Positions 1-9,997 of a stretch of 64,000 nt of DNA are shown in pieces. Origin of the DNA: Macrostomum lignano (lineage: Eukaryota); contig NIVC01000085.1 of the NCBI GenBank assembly GCA_002269645.1, positions 930,001 through 994,000 on the forward strand, read 5' to 3'. How positions within the stretch are numbered: position 1 is the first letter of the stretch; each line of letters opens with the position of its first letter. A program made the translations under genes and the position numbers. Under the pieces are notes generated by a model. The model ran no database searches, was not told the origin of the DNA, and saw nothing but the letters and a program-made list of their open reading frames with translations.

Positions 1-1331
1 AGCCTCTCGACTGTCCGCCTCGCCTCTTGAACCTCCTTGTCATCCGCCCAGACAGGGAGACTACGGGCTGCAGATTTCATCAGTGGCAGAGTTTTGCTCG
101 CTGCCGTCGCTACTGCCGCGCTAATTTCAGAGTAGTTACCGGTGCTCGCAGACTCTCCCAGTGCGGTGGCAAACGCGTACGCGAACCTGCCGCGGGTGCT
201 AGAATCTCGCAGAGCCCGGAAGTAGCGGCGTGGGGGTCGCTTGGGCGGCCTGTACAGCGGATCCCGGATGCGAAGGTTGCAGAAAAGCAGGCGGTGGTCG
301 GATCGGATGGACAGCGGGGCCATCGTGTCGCAGTCTGTCACCCGACTGCGCTCGCGGTTACGAACAAGAATGTGGTCGAGCTGGGCCCGGCGCGTCGTGG
401 CGTTTCGGCGCGCGTTCCGCTTTCTTCGCTTACAACCAGCAAAAGTCGCCAAACGAAAAGCAGGCTTGCGGAAGCGCGTGTTCGCCGACACCAGATCTTG
501 CCGCGACATAAGGTCCGCAAGCGCACTAGAGTTGCCATTCTGGCGCGGGGACACGAACGGGGAGCGCTGGGACCTCTCCGCGACAGCGTTGAGATCGCCA
601 AGCACCACCAGAGTGTCACGCATTGCGACCGACTCGAGCTGCTCCGACAGGAAATCAAAGAACTCCTGCGCCTCATGCTGATGGGCAGCTGTCGGTGCAT
701 ACGCGCAGAACAGCCGGGCGTTACGGCCTCGCAGTCTCACATCCACACGCAGAAGCCGAGGTGACACAGGGACACAGCAGACACTCTGCTGCAGCCGCGG
801 TCCGACTAGAGCGCCGACTCCTCCACGTCCTCGACTGTCCGCTGAGGTGAAAAACAGGGTCCAGCCGGCACCGAGATCCTCACGTTGGAGGCCGTCCTGC
901 GTCACAATTGAAACTTCCTGCAGCATCACAATGTCCAGCTGCAGATCGGATGCCAGCTGCGCCAGCATTCCCCTCCTCCAAGCAGGTTTGAGAGTGCGAC
1001 AGTTGAAGGTGGCAATTCTAAACGCGCTTCCTGGTACAGCTGGGGCCCGGACTTGTTGGGCCTCACGGTCTCCTGCGCTACCAGGCAGAACCGATTGGAT
1101 AGGGGCCGGGTCAAGCAAACTTGCAGACTTGCGAAAACGACCTTTCAGCCGTCCTCGCCTGTTGCGCTCACGCCGCCGCTGGATGCGCCGGTGGAGACTT
1201 CGTTTGCCTCGCCGGTTGCCCTTCCTGCCGCTGTTAGCAGCCGCAGCGTCCGTGTTAGCAGAGCGCGGCTCACCGCTCTCACCTGGGCAAGCGCCAGCCA
1301 GATGGCAAGCGTCACCCGGAGGTCGCAGCAT
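1..1331 (-). mobile_element. RTE-like non-LTR retrotransposon, 5' part of ORF (APE endonuclease); runs off the window start
   Basis: Manual minus-strand translation from ATG 1331 gives RIATFNCRTL...LDIVMLQE...GGVG...YAPT...LGDLNA...QLDHILV...SDHRLL, the full APE/EEP motif set. It is absent from the ORF track because no stop lies in the window. Confidence 0.9.
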
Positions 1332-1358
1332 ATTTGCACCGAAGTGCAAATTTAATAG

Positions 1359-1784
1359 AACATACAAAAATACTACGATGAAGAGGAACTCAATCTTATG
1401 AAACGTGGATCTGGTCTATTTCCTGCAGGCCACTATCCAAGAAAAGAACGCTCTGGAAATGGCCTCGCAGATCTGATCGCACAAGGGGCCCGGATCTTTA
1501 AGGTTGTTGGTGAGAATAAGGAAAATATAAAGAATATTGCTGAAGCAGCCAGTAGTGTAGCTACAGCGGCTAAAAAGATTAAGGATACAGTCAATGAAAG
1601 CAAACAAAACACAGTTGTTCAACCGCTTGCTCCGCTTGCTCCAACTGCTGACAGCATTGATCCATCTATCTACGCTTCAAATTTGACTAGGGTGCAAGAC
1701 CTGTTGAAAAAAGACACACAGCTGACAGAAAAAGAGACAAATCCCAACACAAAAGACACACAGGTGACAGAAATAGATAAATGA
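1359..1784 (+). CDS. Polinton small protein (putative virion core precursor), N-terminus cut by the RTE insertion
   Basis: Frame reads NIQKYYDEEELNLMKRGSGLF.... The paralog at 41149 (minus) begins MPIIFEKNIQKYYDEEELNLMKRGSGLF, so about 7 codons are missing here. The core-protein role is inference. Confidence 0.6.
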   Translation, partial: NIQKYYDEEELNLMKRGSGLFPAGHYPRKERSGNGLADLIAQGARIFKVVGENKENIKNIAEAASSVATAAKKIKDTVNESKQNTVVQPLAPLAPTADSIDPSIYASNLTRVQDLLKKDTQLTEKETNPNTKDTQVTEIDK

Positions 1785-2622
1785 CCAACAAAAATACACA
1801 CAAAAAAACTAAAAATGAAATAAAAATGGACTTTTCAAACGACTTCTATCCCCATTGGACACGCAATCAGATACAATTTTCTCGCAACAATATTATTCCT
1901 GGGTACTTCCGATGCATTGTTGTCGGTTCATCTGGTTCAGGGAAATCCTTCAGAGTTTTTAACATGCTGCTCAGACCTGGATTCCTCGATTATGACACAC
2001 TACATATCTATTCACCTACTCTGTACCAAGACGAATATAAGATAAAATGCTAGTAGCAGGATTGCAAAAGAAACTCAACAAGGAGGATATTATTCAATGT
2101 TTTAGACATCAAAAAGACCTCAACAGCAACCCGGAAGTTGTAGCCACTGAATACGCAAAGCACATCCCAGACAATGAAAAGTAGCAAAACATTAAAGTTT
2201 TCACTTATGGAGATCCACAGAGAGATCACAAAAATATACTCTTACCTCAACCTGATGAACTAGAAAAGGAGAGAAAACACCTGATTGTCTTTGATGACTG
2301 CATGACCGGTCCACAGAAACAGATAGAAAATTATTTTACCCGGGGCAGGCACAATAATTGCAATGTTATTTATATTGCCCAAAATTGGTTTGAATTGCAA
2401 AATAAATCAATTAGAGGTAACCGTAATTTGATTCTCCTTTTCCCAACCATACCACAGGATCGACTGAAAAGATTTTCTAATGAAGTAATTTCACCATCTC
2501 ACTTTACTAATCAAGGCTTCAAACCCAACTCCCAATCCAACTCTCAACCCAACTCCCAATCGAACTCTCAAAACAGAAAAATATCACAGGAGGAATTTGT
2601 TAACCTGTGCTATGAAAAGTGA
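1781..2622 (+). pseudogene. A32/FtsK-like packaging ATPase
   Basis: Walker A VVGSSGSGKS, Walker B LIVFDD and the RGRH motif are present. Frameshift near 2045 and an in-frame TAG near 2181. Confidence 0.9.
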
Positions 2623-2697
2623 AACCAACCCTATCAGTTTGTCATGATTAACAAGAAAAAAAGAATTTTACTTTAATTTTTATTCTTTCATTTAAAA

Positions 2698-3309
2698 ATG
2701 TCAGTAAATTTTGCAGGTGAGTCAACTACAGGCAATGGAACTCTCACAACATCCTTCCTTGACAGGCGCTATATTAACACTGATGAAGAGATCCCAGAGA
2801 TCGAACCAATTAAAAATCGACTAAAACAATTTGAACGGTCTGTACACCAACTGCAAATAAACATAGAAGAACTCCGATATAAAGTAGCCAAGCAGAAGTT
2901 TGAAAGTGATAAGCTTTCTATGCAGTTTGTACACGCAACTAATGAACTAAAGTCAGAAATAACTTCGGTAGTCACGCAAATTAATGGCTTGAGAACAAAT
3001 TTAGCATCGACAATTAATCATCTGAGAAATGCCACTGATAGCCGGATGCATATTATTGAAGGAAGAGTTTCCACAAACACAGGTAAAGTGAGTAATTTAG
3101 AGGAGTTCATGACTCAGTCAACAGCGTTGCATGATCGGAACAATGAAAGAATTAAAGCATGTAAACGCTTTTTAGATTTAATTTTTACCGAATGGCAGAA
3201 AGCGTTGAGAAGAATCAGTCGGCTTGAACAATTGCATAAGCTCAAAAACATTGACCCTGAAGAGGCACCACAGACCACAGTGACATCACCAACAACAGAG
3301 CCCAGCTAG
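2698..3309 (+). CDS. Polinton coiled-coil protein, function unknown
   Basis: Intact 203-aa ORF with heptad-like L/I/V periodicity, packed between Polinton genes. Confidence 0.6.
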   Translation: MSVNFAGESTTGNGTLTTSFLDRRYINTDEEIPEIEPIKNRLKQFERSVHQLQINIEELRYKVAKQKFESDKLSMQFVHATNELKSEITSVVTQINGLRTNLASTINHLRNATDSRMHIIEGRVSTNTGKVSNLEEFMTQSTALHDRNNERIKACKRFLDLIFTEWQKALRRISRLEQLHKLKNIDPEEAPQTTVTSPTTEPS

Positions 3310-3339
3310 TTGACAATTTTTTTTAAAAATTCCCTAAAA

Positions 3340-3993
3340 ATGGACGCTCAAAATTCACTTTATGAACCGAATGCAACTCAAACACCTAGTGCACCTCAAT
3401 ATGAGCAGCAAAAACTCTACCCCGTCATTAGTTGTAACTCTAAACAATTTCGATTGGTGGAGATTCAAAAAATGCGAGATGACGTTGAAAATAAAAAAAC
3501 ACAACACAAAAAAATCAAACGCTACAATGCTCACTGTAGATATTTTGAATACAGTAATATTACTCTCGGGTCTGTGTCTGCTCTAGCAGCTTCAGCAGCT
3601 GCAGCCTCAGTGCTGCCAGCCATTACAATTCCAATTGCCATTCCACTTGGCTCTGTAATTGCCGCATGCGGTCTTATTTCAGCAATTAGTGGAGCGCTGG
3701 CTCGCAATCGACTAAAGAAACTTGAACAGCTACAGGAGAAGCAAATAAATGAGAAAGGGGTTCACACATCAATCATCGGGTACATTTCAAAAGCAATTGA
3801 GGACAAGTTCATCTCAGATGATGAGTTTAAATCATCTCAGTCAACAGTCAACAGAAAAGCCATCCAAAATCTTTATAATGAAACCAACCAAAAAAATTCA
3901 ACCAATGTTGAGATGAGTCAGCTGAGAACTGAAATTGAGAACGCTCTAAAACATTATGCAACGCAAAAAATGCGTAAAAAAAAGAAAACCTAA
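3340..3993 (+). CDS. Polinton predicted membrane protein (PSAP...LYP...FRL N-terminus, coiled coil, hydrophobic hairpin)
   Basis: ATG at 3340. Contains TPSAPQ and KLYPVI, and a long hydrophobic segment ITLGSVSALAASAAAASVLPAITIPIAIPLGSVIAACGLISAISG. Confidence 0.7.
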   Translation: MDAQNSLYEPNATQTPSAPQYEQQKLYPVISCNSKQFRLVEIQKMRDDVENKKTQHKKIKRYNAHCRYFEYSNITLGSVSALAASAAAASVLPAITIPIAIPLGSVIAACGLISAISGALARNRLKKLEQLQEKQINEKGVHTSIIGYISKAIEDKFISDDEFKSSQSTVNRKAIQNLYNETNQKNSTNVEMSQLRTEIENALKHYATQKMRKKKKT

Positions 3994-4295
3994 GTAATTT
4001 TTTTAACTCCAATTTCTTTCAATTGTCTTCCCATTTCTTTATTTGGTGCCTGCAATACAAAACACTGCTCTTTACTCTCAACACCTCTCTCAAATCCTAG
4101 ACCTAATTTCACCTTCCCAAAAATTACAGCTTTGCGTGCCATGGACTCACGGAATCCACTAGAAGGTCCCATCTCATCTAGTTTTTTTAGCATGTCCCGG
4201 TCCCACCTAGACTTCTCATCAGGAAAGAATTTATAGCCTATGTCATGCTTCATACAGATAGAGTCCAACTCATCGACTGGTTCGTACTTTGTAGG
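3990..4295 (-). pseudogene. Parvovirus-like phospholipase A2, 5'-truncated
   Basis: PVDELDSICMKHDIGY...D..ML matches the DxxxxxHDxxY catalytic motif. The upstream calcium loop (YxGPG) is absent. Confidence 0.8.
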
Positions 4296-5253
4296 TAAAA
4301 ATGCAGTTAAAAAGCTAGCAAAGTTAAGTAAGGAACCAAAGTCTACAGTAGAAAAGTGGTTGTCTAAACAAGCTATTTTGCAAGTCTATTTTCCACCTGT
4401 GGAATTTGAAAGGCCTCACTTTAGTATCTATAGACCGAATGAGGCGCACCAAGCAGACTTACTCTTTCTCCCCAACGATTCAGGGAACAAGTATGCTCTA
4501 ACAGTCATTGATGTCGCCTCTAGATATAAAGAAGCTCGTCCACTAAAGACAAAACAATCAGAAGCAGTTGCTGATGCGCTACAAGATATTTATAAAAACT
4601 CACCCCTTAGTTACCTTGAAATCTTTATGACCGACCCGGGCAAAGAATTCCTAGGTGCAGTGAAATCACTTCTACATAAGTATGATACAGAAATTCGCTA
4701 TGGTAGGAAGGAACTGCACAGGGATCAGGCGTTAGTGAAGAGATTTAATCAAACTCTAGCTAAAAGGTTATTTACCAAACAGACAGCTGAAGAGCTAAAA
4801 CTTAATTCCGGACAATACTACACAAAGTGGGTGGACCATCTACCTAGCGTCATAGATGAACTCAACAATGAAGTTACACGAATGACTGGACTGAAACCTT
4901 CCTATGCGATTAAACAAGAGAGAGTCGAACTAAAAGAATCTCAGATCTCAACACATACTTAACACACACCACAAACTTCAAACTACCCTAAGCTTCCGGG
5001 AGTTGAATCACCATACATATTGACAAACTCTGAGTTTCTACGCATTTTATATCTACCCGGGGAATTAGAGTACACTAAAAGAAGAGCTACAGATCCATAC
5101 TTCAGTCTTGATGTACATAAAATAGATAGACATTTTACCTCTGACTCTGGTGACTATTACTTTTTATCTCAGGCGTTTAACCCTAAATCCCCTACACGTT
5201 CATTCACAAGAGGTGAACTACTTATAATCCCAGCTGACACAGAAATAAATTAA
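4282..5253 (+). pseudogene. Maverick-type DDE integrase
   Basis: HQADLLFL, YALTVIDVASRY, TDPGKEF, RDQALVKRFN (expected catalytic E is K). In-frame TAA at 4960-4962, after which the same frame continues LYLPGELE..RRATDP to 5253. Confidence 0.92.
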
Positions 5254-5271
5254 AAAATATAAAAACAAAAA

Positions 5272-5706
5272 ATGAAGATCGAAACGAAAACTGCCAACAA
5301 ACTCTATCAAATAATCGAGTCAAAGAAACCAGGTGTTGTAACAATTAAAGGTGTCAAAGTAAAAATCGATCCCATGCAGCAAATAGTTCAGTGTAATGAG
5401 CAAAGACACAGCATCATAGATGAAAATTCAGGAGGTATCCTACCATTAGCGGCTCTTATTCCAATCATTACAGGTGCTCTAAGTGCCGCAGGTGGTGTAG
5501 CTGGGGGTGTAGCGGGTGCTGTTAAAGCTGGTAATGACAGAGCTCACCAGCTAGAATTGCAAAAGATTGCAAGAGACAAAGGTATAACAATTAAGGCAGG
5601 GGATGGATTTGATGGCTCTAATAGCTGTGAGGGTTTAGATGATTCTGTTAGCAAGTTTGATGTCATCAAGGCTATTATGACATTACATAAAGCAGGATTT
5701 CAATAA
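5272..5706 (+). CDS. pX-like membrane-active/core protein
   Basis: SGG|ILPLAALIPIITGALSAAGGVAGGV resembles the adenovirus pX C-terminus (RGG|ILPLLIPLIAAAIGA) following an adenain-type xGG site. Confidence 0.65.
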   Translation: MKIETKTANKLYQIIESKKPGVVTIKGVKVKIDPMQQIVQCNEQRHSIIDENSGGILPLAALIPIITGALSAAGGVAGGVAGAVKAGNDRAHQLELQKIARDKGITIKAGDGFDGSNSCEGLDDSVSKFDVIKAIMTLHKAGFQ

Positions 5707-5972
5707 TGCGGATGTGATAAGGTAAAAAGGTGGAACTCACCCACCCCTTGGAATTTGATTCTACTGACGGTGTCCAACGCATTGTTTGAAAGTGAGGGTG
5801 ACTACCCTCTGAAAAATTTTTCTAAATTTTCTACAGAAAAAATGCCTAGAACAAATTTAGCTAAAAACTAGCAATCTACGCCCCCCCGTTGGGGAACCAA
5901 AACAATGCAATACACGTTATTTAATAAGCTACTTGTAGCTTTGAAATCTTAAAAAATCTCCTGTCAAACTTC

Positions 5973-6046
5973 TAACCCTAACCCTAACCCTAATCCCAAC
6001 CCTAACCCTAACCCTAATCATAACCCTAACCCTAACCCTATCCCTA
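5973..6046 (+). repeat. Degenerate (CCCTAA)n telomere-like tract inside the Helitron 3' region
   Basis: About 12 imperfect CCCTAA units. Confidence 0.85.
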
Positions 6047-6964
6047 AATCATCAATATTTCAGTAAGCTCCCCAAGAGTCATTATAGCACTGCAGCATTA
6101 TAGCGATTCCCAGCGAGCCTCGACATCGTTGGTATTCTCAAATGAATCTCTTAACTTTGACATGACGCTTCTTTTATTTTTTACATGACGACCCGGGCCC
6201 CCACGTGAGGAGCCCAACAAATAATGTAATAAAAAGTTTTGAATAAACTACAAGTAGCTTTTGCAAGTCCTGACTTTATCCTTGACATCGCAGTTATTCA
6301 CCCGTGAGCCTTGACATCTCAGCTATCCCCCCCGTAAGCTTTGAAATGATAGTAATTATTCCCAAGAGTCACAGCACACAGTTTCATGTGACGTTTTTAC
6401 ATGAATCTTTTATCATGTCTGACATGACATTTCTTTTATGTTTGACATTACGCTTCTTTCTTGTCTGACATGACGCTTTTCTTGCCAAGGCCTTATTATA
6501 CTGTTGAATAAACTACATGTTTATACTACCTGTTTAACCTACAGCTTCTCTTTGCAATAACTTCAGCAATCCCTTGTGATCTCAGCTGTCAACATCTCAG
6601 CAATTCTTCTTCCCTAAGCCTTGACATTTCAGTCATTCCACCCCCCCAGTAATCACAGCATTATAGCGATTCCCTCAAAGCCTTGAAATCGTATCAACAT
6701 GGCATCAACATGGCATCGCATCAATATCGTATCGACAATCGACATGACTCTTATTCTTTTAACTCTACATAATGCTTCTTTTCTTTTCATGACGCTTCTT
6801 CTATCAGCGCCCCCCGGGGCGAGCCAACAACAAATGTAATTAAAAATTGAGTAAACTATACGTAGCTTCTGGCTTTTGCCAACAGTTATTCTCCGTGAGC
6901 CTTGACATCTCATGAATTCTCCCTAACAGTCACAGCACAGTTTTACACAACGCTTTTTCATTAT

Positions 6965-7535
6965 TCCATGACGCTTCTACGATTTTTTACATGACTATTC
7001 TATTACTTTACATGACGCTTCTTTGATATTTTACATGGCGCTTCTATGATTCATTGTATGACGCTTCTATGATTTTTTACATGACGCTTCTATGATTGTT
7101 TACATGATGCTTCTATGATTTTTACATGACGCTTCTATGATTTTTGTATGACGCTTCTATGATTGTTTACATGACGCTTCTATGATTGTTTACATGATGC
7201 TTCTATGATTTTTACATGGCGCTTCTATGATTTTTTGTATGACGCTTCTATGATTTTTTACATGACGCTTCTATGATTGTTTACATGACGCTTCTATGAT
7301 TGTTTACATGATGCTTCTATGATTTTTACATGACGCTTCTATGATTTTTGTATGACGCTTCTATGATTGTTGACATGATGCTTCTATGATTTTTACATGA
7401 TGCTTCTATGATTTTTACATGACGCTTCTATGATTTTTGTATGACGCTTCTATGATTGTTTACATGACGCTTCTATGATTGTTTACATGATGCTTCTATG
7501 ATTTCTTACATGACGCTTACATGATTTCCTGCATA
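6965..7535. repeat. 21-22 bp minisatellite (CATGACGCTTCTATGATTTTTA)
   Basis: Tandem array visible directly. Confidence 0.9.
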
Positions 7536-8619
7536 ACGCCTTTAGTCCTTTAATTAATCCTTTAATAAAAGCTTTCAATAAAAAAATTCACATCTAGGCA
7601 AGCTCTTAATGAATATATATATATATTAATGACATTGTAGCACTTATATAATTCAACACTCACTTGCAAAGCAGTATCAGTCTCAATTAAAGTTGACAAT
7701 ATGGTTACGCAATCTAAATCGTCTAGTGCTATATGCTTCCACACTACGTTTTCAACACTGTGACGCAATTGAATTCAGTGTCAAATATTCAGCCAGTACA
7801 CAGACGATAAATAGAAAGCCTACTAAGTGTGATGCAATCTATTTCAGAATCAAGAATTCAACCAGTCAATTTTTTCTCTAGCATTCTTACAATGCATTTC
7901 AATTCGAAAAGTTTGCTTGACCTTTGCAAAAAAGCATGTTTTTCGAATATTTAATGCCTTTAGCATCGAGAAATTTCTTAGCCAAGACACATGTACCGTC
8001 AAGGGAAAATTTCTGATCGAACAGTGCAAGTGTCATGAAAAATCGGTCCAGCCATTTTTTCTAAAATCGATTGCATACAAGCAAGCAAGCAATTTTTTTC
8101 ATTTTTAGTATATTAGACTAGCCATTTAGCTCCCCGCTGTGGGGCCTCAAAAATGACGCTAAGTGGTGTTTAATTATTTTGGCCCAAGAGTAATAATAAC
8201 TTTATTAATTATCCAAAATTTTGATTCACATTAATCAAAAGTTACCTTTTCTCATTTTTGGCAAAAACAAATTGCCATGAATGTGAATTATTACCCTTTC
8301 TCAATCAGCAAATAGTGCTTATCCTTTCAAGCACAAACTCTTACTGCATATCGTCATTAGCCTGAGCATATTCTGGTTCGTAGCAGGAGCTCAATATGCC
8401 AATCCCTGACGGCCTTAGACCCCTCTTTATTAGCCTAACTCAAAGAACCAAACCTTTATTAAATACACTGGTATTTCCTATTAGCAGAAATCAGCATCAC
8501 TTGTGTGTACTATTTCAATATCTAAATTAAATGAGCTACCTGAGCCGTACTACTTGACGATCTGATAATCGCTCAACAATCTAACCCCCTCCCCCCCAAC
8601 AATTCAGCCTTCCCCCATG

Positions 8620-9075
8620 AGCTTTTATATCTCAGCAATTCCCCTGGTAGGCCTTGACATCTCAGCAATTCCCCTATTAAGCATCGACATCGCAGCAATT
8701 AAATATCTACGCAATTCTCCCAGCCCAGCAAGCCTTGACATCCCAACAACCGAACTCCCCTCCCCTTAAAAATTCCGCCATCCCACATGAGCCTTGATAT
8801 CTTAACAATTCTCATAGTAAGCCTTGACATCTCAGAAATTCCCTCAGTAAGCATCGACATCGCAGCAATAAAACTCGAGCCTTGACAGCTGCGCAATTTA
8901 TCCAGCCCAGTAAGCCTTAACATCTCAACAATTCCCCCAGTAAGCCTTGACATCTCAGAAATTTTCTCAGTAAGCTTTGACATCTCAGCGATTCCCCAGT
9001 AAGCCTTGACATCTTAGAAATTTCCTCAGTAAACCTTAACATCTCAGCAATTCCACCAGTAAGCCTTGACATCTC
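8620..9075. repeat. ~31-bp satellite (GTAAGCCTTGACATCTCAGCAATTCCCCCA); also at 6280-6700, inverted at 19310-19710, and at 24720-25450
   Basis: Degenerate tandem copies of the same unit. Confidence 0.85.
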
Positions 9076-9728
9076 ATCATAAGCCTCATAAGCTTCATAC
9101 GCCTTGAAATCCGTATTTCGACGAAAGCTTTGACCTGTCAGCAATTTAGCCAGCAGTTTAGCAATGGTTCACCAGCAGTTTAGCAATGGTTCACCCGCAG
9201 TTTAGCAATGGTTCACCCGCAGTTTAGCAATGGTTCACCAGCAGTTTAGCAATGCTTCACCAGCAGTTTAGCAATGGTTCACCCGCAGTTTAGCAATGCT
9301 TCACCAGCAGTTTACAATGCTTCACCAGCAGTTTAGCAATGGTTCACCAGCAGTTTAGCAATGGTTCACCCGCAGTTTAGCAATGGTTCACCAGCAGTTT
9401 AGCAATGCTTCACCAGCAGTTTAGCAATGCTTCACCCGCAGTTTAGCAATGCTTCACCAGCAGTTTAGCAATGCTTCACCAGCAGTTTAGCAATGCTTCA
9501 CCAGCTGTTTAGCAATGGTTCACCAGTAGTTTAGCAATGGTTCACCAGCAGTTTAGCAATGGTTCACCAGCAGTTTAGCAATGCTTCACCAGCAGTTTAG
9601 CAATGCTTCACCCGCAGTTTAGCAATGCTTCACCAGCAGTTTAGCAATGCTTCACCCGCAGTTTAGCAATGCTTCACCAGCAGTTTAGCAATGCTTCACC
9701 CGCAGTTTAGCAATGGTTCACCAGTAGT

Positions 9729-9997
9729 CCCTATTGCAGCGCATGGCTTAAGTACGCCAGACGCCTACACAACCTGCGCCACGCTGTGAAATGACTTACC
9801 TGTGAAAGAAACCCTAAAGCAAAATTAGGGTAAACGGCAGGAGTAACTATGACTGTCTTATCAAGCCTAAATGCCTCGGCATCTAATTAGTACCGCGCCG
9901 CGCCAAACTAATCGCCGCGCGCCGTACGCGCTGCGCCGCGCCGTATTAGATCCGCGCCGGACGCCGTCCGCCAAAATGCCCATGCGCTGCAATCAGG
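9729..9997. mobile_element. 269-bp non-autonomous TIR element (MITE) with 8-bp TSD
   Basis: TSD CCAGTAGT at 9721-9728 and 9998-10005. Perfect 14-bp inverted repeat ATTGCAGCGCATGG (9733-9746 / 9980-9993) within 18-bp termini. Subterminal CGCGCCG repeats. Confidence 0.88.
9828..9891 (+). pseudogene. 28S rRNA fragment (helix 69-71, R2/I-PpoI target region) carried inside the MITE
   Basis: GGGTAAACGGCAGGAGTAACTATGACTGTCTTATCAAGCCTAAATGCCTCGGCATCTAATTAGT against the recalled eukaryotic 28S sequence GGGTAAACGGCGGGAGTAACTATGACTCTCTTAAGGTAGCCAAATGCCTCGTCATCTAATTAGT: 54/64 identical, ungapped. Confidence 0.85.

Larger units (their letters stand above)
1354..5867 (+). mobile_element. Polinton/Maverick (adintovirus-like) block 1, decayed
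   Basis: Compact, intronless, AT-rich gene cluster with A32-type ATPase, PLA2, Maverick-type integrase and a pX-like protein. Confidence 0.88.

Noticed and set aside
27-1401. Plus-strand ORFs of 245 and 184 aa
   Set aside because: They are antisense shadows of the GC-rich RTE endonuclease ORF on the minus strand.
2521-2575. (PNSQ/SNSQ) repeat in the ATPase C-terminus
   Set aside because: A small 12-bp expansion in an already broken gene; no evidence of function.
5973-6046. A real or fused telomere
   Set aside because: Short, degenerate and internal to a Helitron unit; similar traces occur near 25500 and 25750.
9794-9802. ACTTACCTG as a U1 snRNA 5' end
   Set aside because: Only 9 nt match and no U1 stem-loops follow. 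It is equally a minus-strand donor consensus (CAGGTAAGT).
9828-9891. A functional rRNA gene or group I intron site
   Set aside because: Only ~64-110 nt long, helix 69 pairing is disrupted, and it is enclosed by TIRs and a TSD.
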